From the IMG/VR virus record IMGVR_UViG_3300037419_001565: a stretch of DNA of 64,000 nt. One strand, written 5' to 3'. The position numbers and the translations under genes are program-made. The notes under the pieces are model-generated. The model ran no database searches, was not told where the DNA came from, and worked only from the letters and a program-made list of their open reading frames with translations. The stretch comes from an uncultured virus (IMG/VR IMGVR_UViG_3300037419_001565) (taxonomy: Duplodnaviria; Heunggongvirae; Uroviricota; Caudoviricetes). Shown in pieces: positions 1 to 9,321 of this stretch (position 1 is its first letter; each line of letters opens with the position of its first letter).

Positions 1-183
1 ATGGGAACCGAGGGGGAGTTCGAGTTCGACCACGAGCGGGAGGGCGCGATGATGCCGATCCTCAAAGAACTCAAGGACAATCCGAAGAAGTTTCAGATCG
101 AGGGCTTCGATGAGCTTTCTCCGCGCCTTCACGCTGTTAGCAGAGCATTTGGCATACACACAGGCGGGCTGAATAAGTTTTAA
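1..183 (+). CDS. hypothetical protein, probably 5'-truncated by the window
   Basis: ORF open from base 1; stop immediately followed by a motif-A copy. Confidence 0.5.
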   Translation: MGTEGEFEFDHEREGAMMPILKELKDNPKKFQIEGFDELSPRLHAVSRAFGIHTGGLNKF

Positions 184-230
184 TCATCTCCCCAAAACCT
201 TTCAATCTCAATAATCAGAGGGCCGAACAC

Positions 231-407
231 ATGGAACTAGACACCTACGCAGCAATGAGTTTTGAAGAAATAGCCGAACGAATGGGCACGACCGAAATGG
301 CAGTACGACAGACCTATCGGAGAGCGATGACCAAGATCAGGAGTAATCCCGTAGCGGTTTATGAGTTGAAGCGGGCGTGTGCGATGGCGAGAGGGGAATA
401 TAGGTGA
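231..407 (+). CDS. stand-alone sigma region-4-like HTH protein (58 aa)
   Basis: Manual translation MELDTYAAMSFEEIAERMGTTEMAVRQTYRRAMTKIR...; GTGA overlap with the sigma gene. Confidence 0.65.
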   Translation: MELDTYAAMSFEEIAERMGTTEMAVRQTYRRAMTKIRSNPVAVYELKRACAMARGEYR

Positions 408-985
408 CCGAGCGGGACTCAAACTCAATCTTCGCAGACTACATCACCGCCGACGAGGGCGAGGCGTACAAGTTCGAGCAGGAGCTGATTGCCGAACTCA
501 AACGCTATGCCTACGCCATCTGCCTGCTCACTCTCAAACAACCCCGAAAGGACATCGTGGAGGAGTCGATCCAAAAAGCCCTCACCCACGCCAAGAAATT
601 CCGCAACGACAGCAAGTTCTCGACCTGGTTCCATGCGATTGTCAAGAACCTGTGTATGTCGGCTCAGAAGTCGGACCTCAAGCGCCGGAGCAGGGGAGAG
701 GTGTCGATGGAAGATTTGGAAGACTCCGATCCCGAGAGCAATCAGGATGTCGAGGCCGAGACGACCGCGCAGATTGATTTGGAGCGGGTGACAGAGGGGT
801 TGGGAGAGTTGGAGCGACAGGTGCTTCATCTGCGGATGCAGGGGTTGAGTGAGACGGAGATTGCCAAGGAGTTGACTCTCTTACATAAGCCCTCAATCCC
901 CTTCAACAAACAGCGTGTGCAGCGGATTTTTCGACGGATAAAGAAGAAATGTCTTGACAAGATAATGGGGAATATAGGAGAGTAG
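404..985 (+). CDS. ECF-type sigma-70 factor
   Basis: Region 2 (DIVEES...KFRNDSKFSTWFHAIVKN) and region 4 (LGELERQVLHLRMQGLSETEIAKEL). Confidence 0.9.
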   Translation: MTERDSNSIFADYITADEGEAYKFEQELIAELKRYAYAICLLTLKQPRKDIVEESIQKALTHAKKFRNDSKFSTWFHAIVKNLCMSAQKSDLKRRSRGEVSMEDLEDSDPESNQDVEAETTAQIDLERVTEGLGELERQVLHLRMQGLSETEIAKELTLLHKPSIPFNKQRVQRIFRRIKKKCLDKIMGNIGE

Positions 986-989
986 ATGT

Positions 990-1238
990 ATGGACAATCA
1001 GAAGATTTATGTAGCGATTATCGGCAGGCTTACCAATCTTGGCGTTGGAATGGAGCATCCTCAAGCCTTCACATCAACGGACAAAGACGCTCTCTTGCGA
1101 AATGTGGTTCAGAAGCGTGTAGAGATGGAACGAAAGAGCGGTGGCACAAGTTACGACATTTTCGTAGGTGAAATCACACACCAAGTTCAGGTTCCGATTG
1201 AATACAAATTGGTGTCTTTGGAGACCTCTTCGAAGTGA
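990..1238 (+). CDS. hypothetical protein
   Basis: GGAG RBS, ATG, co-oriented with neighbours. Confidence 0.6.
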   Translation: MDNQKIYVAIIGRLTNLGVGMEHPQAFTSTDKDALLRNVVQKRVEMERKSGGTSYDIFVGEITHQVQVPIEYKLVSLETSSK

Positions 1239-1552
1239 CCCACCTCTGCAAGAAAACCGACTTCCACGTTGCTCCCTACGTGCCGATCATCAAGGAAGGG
1301 CGAGTGCAGTGTTTCTATTGCGGGAAGAATCTTCCCATCAAGGCACTCGAATATGCACCCAAGCATTTGCTTGAGAGGGTCAAATAGATGTGGGTTCGGA
1401 TGGATTTTGGCGACCGAACGCACGAGGGAAAGAAGCGAGCGCGTAAGCGCCTAGCTTGCCCTCACGATCAGGTGACAGAGGAAATGGCCTTCGGGGTCAA
1501 GACGATTTTGAGTTGTAGGAAGTGTGATGCGATGTGGGAGGAGATCAGTTAG

Positions 1553-2083
1553 ATGAGCAAGTGGACACGATTCATGGATATGCATTCAGGTGGTGGTATG
1601 AAAGAAAAACCGTATGAGCATATCTACATTGAAGCCTCTGAAGATGCAGCAAAGGTTATCTTCTACAACCGCTTTGGCCATAATCCTGAGCGTGTCAGTT
1701 GTACTTGCTGTGGCGAGGATTATTCCATTAGCGAAGAAGATTCGCTAGAACAAGCGAGTGCATATGAGCGTCACTGTGAATATGCATATTTTTTCAAAGA
1801 CGACGGTAAACGCGCAAAAGGTGAGCATAAATACGACCATGCGAAGGAATCATGGTGCATTGCGGGTCGTCCAGTCGAAGGGATGTACGTGGAAGAACAA
1901 GACCAAAGTCGAATGGACATCCGTCGTACTTGCAATACAAAGGACTCTGATCCGTGGGGTTTGTATCAGACCGTTGACGAATACGTGAAACGTCCTAATG
2001 TACTCGTGATTCGTGCTAGTGAAATCAGAGATGACGAACGTAAAGGTCAAGTACCTGAACAGGGGTATGTATGGCGCGACTAA
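1553..2083 (+). CDS. hypothetical phage protein with CxCC motif
   Basis: 176-aa ORF, upstream GGAGGAG. Confidence 0.7.
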   Translation: MSKWTRFMDMHSGGGMKEKPYEHIYIEASEDAAKVIFYNRFGHNPERVSCTCCGEDYSISEEDSLEQASAYERHCEYAYFFKDDGKRAKGEHKYDHAKESWCIAGRPVEGMYVEEQDQSRMDIRRTCNTKDSDPWGLYQTVDEYVKRPNVLVIRASEIRDDERKGQVPEQGYVWRD

Positions 2084-2175
2084 AGCCTGTCTGCACGCCC
2101 CTTGAAGCCGAAACTCTCCTCCTCTCTTTGCGCCAAGCTATTCAGGAGTTTAAGAGGGAATTTATTTGTGTAGAG

Positions 2176-2210
2176 GTGAAGTCGAGTACCGTTTTCAACT
2201 GTCTAATTAG
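2176..2210 (+). promoter_or_regulatory. phage ECF-type promoter (motif B)
   Basis: GTGAAGTCG-N16-GTCTAATTAG; GTG start at 2213. Confidence 0.8.
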
Positions 2211-2212
2211 CA

Positions 2213-3031
2213 GTGAAGACGCGAACAATCTACAACGGGGAGATCGAGCTGGAGTTCAATCCCCGCAACCACCGATTCAAAGTGACCGACAAGGGAGAGG
2301 TGATACGGCCTCCATCCGTCACAACCGTCCTGAGCGTGGTCGCCAAACCCGCTCTCGTGCAGTGGTCGGCCAACTGCACTGTGGAATATCTGCGTGAGCG
2401 CCTGCTGGATGGGACGTTCGAACGGGAGGAACTCGAAAAACTCCTCGAAGCCAGCCGATTCGCTCATCGGGAGCGTTCGAGTGATGCTGCTTCAATCGGC
2501 ACCCTGGCTCACCACCATATTGAGGACTATCTACGGCTGAAAGGTTTGGGGGGAGATGAAAGTTTTTCTCTCCCAGAGGATCTACCCGAGGCGGCTGTTA
2601 ATTGTGTCCAGGCCGGGATTGCTTGGATCGAAGAGAACGATGTAAGGCCGATTGCGATTGAGGAGTTGCTCTATAGTCGCAATCTCAACGTAGCGGGAAT
2701 CGGTGATTGTTTCGCTTTCGTAAGGGGGAAGCTGGCTTATGTGGATTGGAAGTCGAAGGAACTTGAGCGGGATGGGGATGGAGAGATCGTCAAGCGACTG
2801 TATGACGAGAATCGTTTCCAGTCGGCGGCTTACTGCGGAATGTACGAAGAGATTACCGGCGAGAAGGTTGGAGACCGATTTGTTATTCAGCTTGGAAAAT
2901 CGTGCGGATCGTTCTGTGAGCATCCCCTTCTAGGCGAGCAAGAGCTGGCGGAAGACTTCAACGCTTTCGTGGCGGCTAGGGCTTTGTATGAGCGTGTGAA
3001 CGCGATAAAGAGGAAGATAAAGGAGAATTAG
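2213..3031 (+). CDS. PD-(D/E)XK exonuclease (recombination)
   Basis: PSVTTVL, GTLAH, AGIGD, VDWKS and QSAAY motifs. Confidence 0.8.
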   Translation: MKTRTIYNGEIELEFNPRNHRFKVTDKGEVIRPPSVTTVLSVVAKPALVQWSANCTVEYLRERLLDGTFEREELEKLLEASRFAHRERSSDAASIGTLAHHHIEDYLRLKGLGGDESFSLPEDLPEAAVNCVQAGIAWIEENDVRPIAIEELLYSRNLNVAGIGDCFAFVRGKLAYVDWKSKELERDGDGEIVKRLYDENRFQSAAYCGMYEEITGEKVGDRFVIQLGKSCGSFCEHPLLGEQELAEDFNAFVAARALYERVNAIKRKIKEN

Positions 3032-3033
3032 AG

Positions 3034-3312
3034 ATGATCGTAGCGGTGTTTATCGGGGTGTGGCTTGTGTGTGGTGCTCTTGCTTACGGGATGACTCTCC
3101 ATGATTTCACAGAGAACTTCCCCTATATGAAGCACTATGACGTTGCTCGCTTCATGGGATTTGCGGGAGTTATCGGTTTGATAGTGAGTCTGCTGTCTGC
3201 AGATCATTACGGTTTCCGCTTCCGTCATCTTTCAGTAGAGGAACGTTGGAACATTTACAAAAAAGAGTTCGAGATCCTCGGACGTGAACATTTCGACAGG
3301 ATGTTCGCATGA
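3034..3312 (+). CDS. small membrane protein
   Basis: Two hydrophobic segments. Confidence 0.55.
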   Translation: MIVAVFIGVWLVCGALAYGMTLHDFTENFPYMKHYDVARFMGFAGVIGLIVSLLSADHYGFRFRHLSVEERWNIYKKEFEILGREHFDRMFA

Positions 3313-3506
3313 TCCCCGAATATCACTCTCACTCCTGTCCCGACTGCGGCAAAGGCTGCAACCATTACTCCTCAACCGGATGCTCGCTCCCATCCACCTA
3401 CCGATGCGTCACCTGCGCGAACGAGGCGAGTGCTTCTGCGGTGAACGGGCGGGGTCAGAAGGCGGCTGTGAAGGCCAACCGGCAGAAAGCTTGGGGGAGG
3501 GGTTAA
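3309..3506 (+). CDS. small Cys-rich protein
   Basis: CPDC...CVTC; ATGA overlap with upstream gene. Confidence 0.5.
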   Translation: MIPEYHSHSCPDCGKGCNHYSSTGCSLPSTYRCVTCANEASASAVNGRGQKAAVKANRQKAWGRG

Positions 3507-3699
3507 GTTTGGACGAGATGATGACGTACTCACAGCACACGCTTCCGACGTGTCTGATGCAAGTCATCCCTCAATCGGAAGTTGAGGCACATGTCACCAC
3601 CGTAGTAATTCAGGATGCTGCGGCTCGTCCAATTCAATTTTCATCTCCCTCAAAAACCTTTCCATCTCAACTAATCGAAGAAAGCAGGCCGAACTAAAG

Positions 3700-3891
3700 G
3701 TGCAACCAAGACGAACCTACAAAGTGCTAGTGGAACAAATGATGACATTCGAGATCGAGGTGGTGGCTCGCACCCCTGATGAAGCCGAGGACGAGGCGGA
3801 GAAGCTCGTGGAGGCAGGGGAGGGGTTGGTAGTGGATAGTGAGATTGTGGATTCGAAAGCGGAAGCTAGTGGGGAGGATGAGGGGGAATGA
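3700..3891 (+). CDS. small acidic hypothetical protein
   Basis: IEVVARTPDEAEDEA, typical small phage protein. Confidence 0.55.
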   Translation: MQPRRTYKVLVEQMMTFEIEVVARTPDEAEDEAEKLVEAGEGLVVDSEIVDSKAEASGEDEGE

Positions 3892-4070
3892 AAAGATATA
3901 GCGTGAGAGCAACTGAAACGGATGGGGGCGTGATTATCATCGCCGACTCCATGAAATCGTATGACAACCAAGTGGTTTTCTTTGACCACTACTACTGGGG
4001 CTTGGTGAAACGTGAGGTAGGAAGCTTCCGTGGACCGAACTGGCTTGCTGTTTTGGAGGAAGAATAATAG

Positions 4071-4883
4071 ATGGCCCTCATAATCAAAAACTCCAAAGAC
4101 CTCCTCAAACCCGAGGACTTCCGGCTCAAGATCCTCATCTTCGGGGACAGCGGCCTTGGGAAAACCGAATTCGCATCGACCGCTCCGAATCCAGGCGTGG
4201 TGGCGATTGAGACGGGGCATGGGCAGGGACTTCTGACGGTGGCGGAGAAGGGACTGGATTACGTAACGCCAACCAATTATTCCGAGCTGGAAGAGGGATT
4301 GCTCAAGTGTTTTGAGGACAAGGAAACCATCATCCTCGACTCCCTCACGGCTGCAACCAAGACTCACATCAAGAACCGCGCCCTCGCCATCCCGCGTTCA
4401 AAGGGTGAGAGCGACAAGCGCAAGATTGGGATTCCTGAGTTGGACGATTATGGCAGCATGGGCGAACTCACCCGTGCTCTCCTCTCCAAACTCCTCGCCC
4501 GTCCTAAGCATGTGATCGTGACGGCGCTCAGCAAATACAAGCAACCCGATCCTGAGAGCGGGAGAGGTGATTGGCAGACTGGGCCTGATCTTCCTGGTGA
4601 GATGTTCCTCGCTGCGCCGGGAATGTTTGACATCGTTTTGCGGATTATGTCACGTAGGAAGCTGCGTGATCCGAAGGATGCGAAGTCGGCGTATGTCGAA
4701 CGCTACTTCTTGACCGACAGCGACGGCCAGGGCGGTCTCGCTAAGAGCCGCTTGAAGCGTCAGGGGAAAGCTCTCTTAGCGAAAGAGGAAATTTTCGATC
4801 TGGAGAACGGCTCCGGTTCGTTTCCGAAGCTGCTTGAGAAGGTTCTGCAGGGTTATGCGGCGGGGGCGCTTGGAGGGAAGTGA
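4071..4883 (+). CDS. AAA_24 / Sak4-like ATPase
   Basis: Walker A GDSGLGKT, Walker B IILDSLT; located near exonuclease and SSB. Confidence 0.8.
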   Translation: MALIIKNSKDLLKPEDFRLKILIFGDSGLGKTEFASTAPNPGVVAIETGHGQGLLTVAEKGLDYVTPTNYSELEEGLLKCFEDKETIILDSLTAATKTHIKNRALAIPRSKGESDKRKIGIPELDDYGSMGELTRALLSKLLARPKHVIVTALSKYKQPDPESGRGDWQTGPDLPGEMFLAAPGMFDIVLRIMSRRKLRDPKDAKSAYVERYFLTDSDGQGGLAKSRLKRQGKALLAKEEIFDLENGSGSFPKLLEKVLQGYAAGALGGK

Positions 4884-5125
4884 AGAAAAATTGGAGTATC
4901 GGCTGCTTAGAGGTAGATGTTGAAACGGTAGAGATTGAATACAACACACCTAGGAAAGAAGGACATCCATGGTGGTCGCAACGACTCCACATCCTATTCA
5001 ATCTTCGCGCTCCTCGATTTATCCAACGTCGATATTGCAGTCATTCAGTCACAAAGAATTTCCTATCTCGCATGGATCTCAATCGGTGTCCATGTATTGA
5101 TTGTGATTTTTTAGTCGAGATCTAA
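4880..5125 (+). CDS. hypothetical protein
   Basis: GTGA overlap with upstream gene. Confidence 0.45.
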   Translation: MKKNWSIGCLEVDVETVEIEYNTPRKEGHPWWSQRLHILFNLRAPRFIQRRYCSHSVTKNFLSRMDLNRCPCIDCDFLVEI

Positions 5126-5257
5126 ATAGGTTTTCAGCGGCGGCACTCACGCGGAGATGCTCACACCGTTCACCCAGTGGTGTGCGGGATAGATCAAACG
5201 GTCAGTACCCAATCTGACCCGCTGGATTGAATTCATAATTGAAAGGTTTTGAGGGAG

Positions 5258-5473
5258 ATGAAATTCTATTCTTCACGCCAGCTCGCCGTGATAATGGGGA
5301 TTCCTGAGGGAACACTTCGCTCCTGGCGGGCAACCGGCGTCGGTCCTAATTGGTACAAATTAGAGGGGTCGATAAGGTATAGTGAAACCGATGTACGCAC
5401 GTACCTTAACTCCAACAGGCGTATCTCATCCGCACATGCTTTCGTTCAGGAGAAAGCAGATGGCGGTTTTTAA
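5258..5473 (+). CDS. excisionase / AlpA-type HTH
   Basis: QLAVIMGIPEGTLRSWRATGVGP...IRY; immediately upstream of integrase. Confidence 0.8.
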   Translation: MKFYSSRQLAVIMGIPEGTLRSWRATGVGPNWYKLEGSIRYSETDVRTYLNSNRRISSAHAFVQEKADGGF

Positions 5474-6497
5474 GAAGAAGAACACCCCCTACTACCAATA
5501 CGAGTTCTGGGTCGCCGGGACTCGGTATCGGGGATCGACAAAAGAAACCACCGAAACAAAAGCGCGGAGGAAGGAATCCCTCCTGATAGCTGAGGTTGAG
5601 GAGAGAGGAAGTTTGCTCTCTGTCAAGGCTCCGCTACTGAGGGACTTCGCCCCGCGCTTTCTCTATTGGGTCGATCACAGTCAATTAGAACTGAACAGCA
5701 AGAAGTATTACAAGAGCGGGTGGAAGACTCTTGAGCAGTCTCCTTTGCCCGCGATGAGGCTCGACCACATCTCGACCGACATAGCGGAGCGGTGCAGGTT
5801 CGAAGGCTCGGCGGCTAACGGCAACCAAGCTTTCCGCACCCTGAGCCGCATGATGTCGAAGGCGGTTGAGTGGAAGATCCTCAAGCAAGCTCCCACGATC
5901 AAACTCCTCAAGCAGCAAGGGAGACAGGAGTTGATTGACGCGGAGACCGAGAAGGCCATGCTCGACACAGCTGCTCAACCCCTCAAAGACGTTCTCACCA
6001 TCATCCTCGATACCGGAATGCGTCCTTCGGAAGTGTTTCGAATCAAGATTGAGAATGTGATTGGGAACGACATCCGAATCCCGAAGGGCAAGACCGAGAA
6101 CTCGCGGCGACTTGTTCCGATGAGTGATCGGGTGGAGAAGCTTGTTCAGGCTCGGATCGGTGAGAGGAAGAAAGGTTGGTTGTTCACCTCAAAGCGAGGA
6201 AAGGACAAACGCCTTACGACTGTCGCTAAACAATTTCGCTCATTACGAGAGACGCTCGGACTCCCGGCATCTTTCGTTCTCTATTGCGCTCGACATACAT
6301 TCGCTACCGACATCTTGGCGGCGACTGGAAATGTCGCAGCGGTGATGAAAACGATGGGCCACTCGGACGTGAGAATGATGATGCACTACCAGCATCCAGG
6401 GCTTGAACAGGTGCGGGCTGCAGTCAATTCTCGCAACAAAGATACCCACAAAACTACCCACACTGAAGATTTGACTTTTGCTGCGGGTGCTGATTAA
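5460..6497 (+). CDS. int: phage integrase (tyrosine recombinase)
   Basis: Arm-binding N-terminus (YQYEFWVAGTRYRGST), TGMRPSE, GKT, YCARHTFAT, MGHS...HY; start at ATG 5460 after AGGAG. Confidence 0.92.
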   Translation: MAVFKKKNTPYYQYEFWVAGTRYRGSTKETTETKARRKESLLIAEVEERGSLLSVKAPLLRDFAPRFLYWVDHSQLELNSKKYYKSGWKTLEQSPLPAMRLDHISTDIAERCRFEGSAANGNQAFRTLSRMMSKAVEWKILKQAPTIKLLKQQGRQELIDAETEKAMLDTAAQPLKDVLTIILDTGMRPSEVFRIKIENVIGNDIRIPKGKTENSRRLVPMSDRVEKLVQARIGERKKGWLFTSKRGKDKRLTTVAKQFRSLRETLGLPASFVLYCARHTFATDILAATGNVAAVMKTMGHSDVRMMMHYQHPGLEQVRAAVNSRNKDTHKTTHTEDLTFAAGAD

Positions 6498-6709
6498 GTC
6501 CTTTAGAATGTTGGAGCCGACGACCGGACTTGAACCGGTGACCTACTGATTACGAATCACAGGTGCAGGTCTAGGCAAAGACGATCTGACGGATTGAAAA
6601 CAAACAACTTACACGAAGCAAGTCGGAAGAATCGCCTGTTGGAGCGGTGTTGATTCTGTTGAACTTATTGGAACTGATTGAACCTGTCACCCACATTTTC
6701 ACCCACACT
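6444..6709. repeat. putative integrase arm-type sites flanking attP
   Basis: ACCCACA-N5-ACCCACACT at 6444-6464 and 6689-6709. Confidence 0.65.
6512..6559 (-). other. attP core: 3' half of tRNA-Thr(CGT)
   Basis: Reverse complement TGATTCGTAATCAGTAGGTCACCGGTTCAAGTCCGGTCGTCGGCTCCA gives anticodon arm (CGT), T-arm and CCA; no 5' half; 15 bp from integrase stop. Confidence 0.85.
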
Positions 6710-6921
6710 AAATGGATTTCCAAACTGCATCTCCCTCAAAAACCTTTCCATCTCACTTATGTCAGCACCCACTAACCTCAGCTCGAATCCCGATTCGGTA
6801 CTTTAGTCACCGATGAAATGCCTGAAACCCGCATTTTTCGCAGATAAAAGTGAAGATTACTATTGACAATGGGGAAAATCGTCTTATGCTTAATCCCACT
6901 AGGTTAGTGAGTACTAACATG

Positions 6922-7506
6922 CTAGGTCGTAAAAATCCCGTCCAGCCAAACTTCGATGTTAGTGCGGTAGTTGTCTTCAGATTTGAAGATCTGTCCGACT
7001 TGAAGAAGGGCGTGGCTCACGTAGGGATACATCACGGCGGCAATCAGAGCACGAGCCAGCGCGATAGAGGATTCATCGGTGCGAACCAATCCAGCTTTTT
7101 GGGCTTGTTCGATCCTGCGGGCCAGGGCATCGGTGAGGATTTGAGCTTTGGGTTCAAAAACCTTTCGCGTCAATTTGGTATCGGTAAGGGAACTGAAGAA
7201 AACCAGCCTCACCACTTCGGGGTGGGAGGCCAGGTAGTCATACATTTGGTTCGCAAAACTGCGAATGGCCTTGCGAAAATCAATTTGGTCGAGGCCGTAA
7301 CCTGCGATGTTACTAAATCCCTTGCCCACCACCGACTCCACCACCTCTTCATAAAGCCGGTTCTTGGATTTGAAAAGTCTGAAAAGGTGCGTCTCACTAA
7401 CTCCGGCAGCAATGGCAATCTCTTTGGTAGAAATTGCATCCCGTCCCCTCTCAGCAAACAAGCGAGAGGCGGCGGCTAGGAGTTTCTCCCTAGAGTTTTC
7501 CACCAT
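6922..7506 (-). CDS. TetR/AcrR family regulator (ORF may extend to 7749)
   Basis: REKLLAAASRLFAERG...TKEIAIAAGVSETHLFRLFKSK HTH. Confidence 0.85.
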   Translation of the reverse strand: MVENSREKLLAAASRLFAERGRDAISTKEIAIAAGVSETHLFRLFKSKNRLYEEVVESVVGKGFSNIAGYGLDQIDFRKAIRSFANQMYDYLASHPEVVRLVFFSSLTDTKLTRKVFEPKAQILTDALARRIEQAQKAGLVRTDESSIALARALIAAVMYPYVSHALLQVGQIFKSEDNYRTNIEVWLDGIFTT

Positions 7507-7871
7507 AAATGCTTCAGGATTACATGTAAGAGCCTCTGGAGATAGTGACTTTTTAGATAACGGAGTCAAACGATGATCGTCGTGAAGGGCGAGCTGGTTG
7601 AGATCGCTAGGAAGTGTAAGGTGACCGATAGGGTCATCTGTTGGGGGTGTGCGTTTGATTTTTGGTTTGGAGCTAGCCATGACGCCTTTCATCACCGAGA
7701 CCTCCATCTCTTCGACCACCCTTCTCATAAGGTGGACATATTTCGACAACTGGACGACCGCATGGTACGGATCGCGGGGGTTGTCAATCGAGCTGTAGAG
7801 GGCCGGGTAGTTAAATTCTGACGATGAAAGGAGAATGCTTCCTGCAGAGGGCGGTGGGGAAAGCCGCCCTT

Positions 7872-8198
7872 TTATGCGTATTGAGGAAGACGGCCACAGA
7901 CAAAAATGCTCATCGAGCCTTCTTTTTGCGAGACCTGTTTTACGTCGTAATCGAGACCCAACTCCTTGATCTTCTCCTCGGCCTTCAGGCGGAAGAGTCG
8001 GGCGAAGTTTTTGGGACTCTTCGAACGCGCCAGAACCTTTGGGGGGAAGGTAATCTCAATAGCCTCGGCGGGCTTCAACCCGTGGGCGAGAATAGCCTCA
8101 AAGTCCTTCCATTCATCCGTTTGTGTGACCATGCTCTTTTTGTTGCGGGTCGAACGGGGAATCGGATGTTGCTTTGTGTTGATCTTTTTAACGGGCAC
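7872..8198 (-). CDS. basic hypothetical protein
   Basis: 108 aa, TTGACA boxes upstream, hairpin at 3' end. Confidence 0.6.
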   Translation of the reverse strand: MPVKKINTKQHPIPRSTRNKKSMVTQTDEWKDFEAILAHGLKPAEAIEITFPPKVLARSKSPKNFARLFRLKAEEKIKELGLDYDVKQVSQKEGSMSIFVCGRLPQYA

Positions 8199-8317
8199 CT
8201 TAACTCTCCTGAAATGACGTTTTTTGTCAAGTCTTTGCTGCTTGCTAAGTATTCACTGTATGAGATGGTGATGTCAAGCACTTAGTTGTAAGTTTCCACA
8301 CAATTTATTAGGGAGGG

Positions 8318-8352
8318 GTGAAGTCGAGAGGGCTTCCCGCGAGTCTAATTAG
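8318..8352 (+). promoter_or_regulatory. phage ECF-type promoter (motif B)
   Basis: GTGAAGTCG-N16-GTCTAATTAG. Confidence 0.8.
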
Positions 8353-8405
8353 CGTAGGGTCATGGAAGGCTCTAACATAGAAGATAACTAGGAGAATAAT
8401 AGGGA

Positions 8406-8861
8406 ATGTCGGTTTGGGATGTGAATTTTGATGAGGTAGTGCCGGGTAAGGAGCAGATCGCGCCGGGAGACTACACCCTCCGTCTGTTGGGTGGTAGTCG
8501 GAACAAGTACGACCAGGAAGCGGTGGATGTCAAAGCAAAGATCGTGAGCGAGGGTGCGTTCCACGGAGAGACGCTTTTCTTCAAGTTTCCGAATCCTGAC
8601 AAGGCAGACAAGAACAATCCAGGGAACAGCCCGAAGAATTGGGTCGTCAAGAACTTCAAGCGGTTTGTGATGAGCCTCGGGGTGGATATTCAGGCGGGTG
8701 AGCATCCGGTGGATTATCTCAATCGTGCTGGAGCTGAGGGTGCGTTCTTCGATGCGACCGTTGTTCATCGCTCATATAAGGACAAGGAAACCGGCGACGA
8801 CAAGACGACGGTGGATGTGCCGCTCGCGAAGTTGCGTCCGGCTAGTCAGGTGGCGGCTTAG
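8406..8861 (+). CDS. putative single-stranded DNA-binding protein (DUF669-like)
   Basis: IAPGDYTLRL N-terminus, OB-like pattern, replication context. Confidence 0.6.
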   Translation: MSVWDVNFDEVVPGKEQIAPGDYTLRLLGGSRNKYDQEAVDVKAKIVSEGAFHGETLFFKFPNPDKADKNNPGNSPKNWVVKNFKRFVMSLGVDIQAGEHPVDYLNRAGAEGAFFDATVVHRSYKDKETGDDKTTVDVPLAKLRPASQVAA

Positions 8862-8869
8862 GAGAAGGG

Positions 8870-9211
8870 ATGACGATCACAGTAGAGCAAATCGACAACA
8901 CTTTCAAAGAAGTTCACAACTTTGAAAAGCAAAACTTTGGGCTTCGTAACGGAGAGGATTTTTCGGCATTCGCCACACTTCTCCGTCAGAGCCAAGAGTT
9001 TGACAACACAGTTAAGACCGCTTCGTTGATGGGTGTTCTCGGCACAATGCTGATGCCTAAGAAAGAGGAGATGGAAAACGACAAACAAGCCATCGACAAA
9101 TTCTTCCAAGACAGTCCGATGAAACAGAGCATCGCGGATGTTCTTTATATCGGCTATCGCTTAGGTAAGGCAGCAGCGGAAGTTGAACAACTGCAGAAAC
9201 TTGCAAGCTAA
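8870..9211 (+). CDS. hypothetical protein
   Basis: AGGAG RBS, 113 aa. Confidence 0.6.
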   Translation: MTITVEQIDNTFKEVHNFEKQNFGLRNGEDFSAFATLLRQSQEFDNTVKTASLMGVLGTMLMPKKEEMENDKQAIDKFFQDSPMKQSIADVLYIGYRLGKAAAEVEQLQKLAS

Positions 9212-9321
9212 ACAAATTCGCTGCCGTTAAGAGCTAGCTAAGACGGATGCTCCATGCGAGATATTCCACTCGGACAGCGGAGTGGCGGCAGCAATCACGT
9301 AATTGAAAGGTTTATTGGGAG

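Noticed and set aside
2213..3031. Cas4 as part of a CRISPR system
   Set aside because: No Fe-S cysteine pattern and no cas context; fits a phage recombination nuclease
6512..6559. Complete tRNA-Thr gene
   Set aside because: No D-arm or 5' acceptor strand upstream; treated as att core
6850..7479. 209-aa + strand ORF
   Set aside because: Antisense to a clear TetR gene
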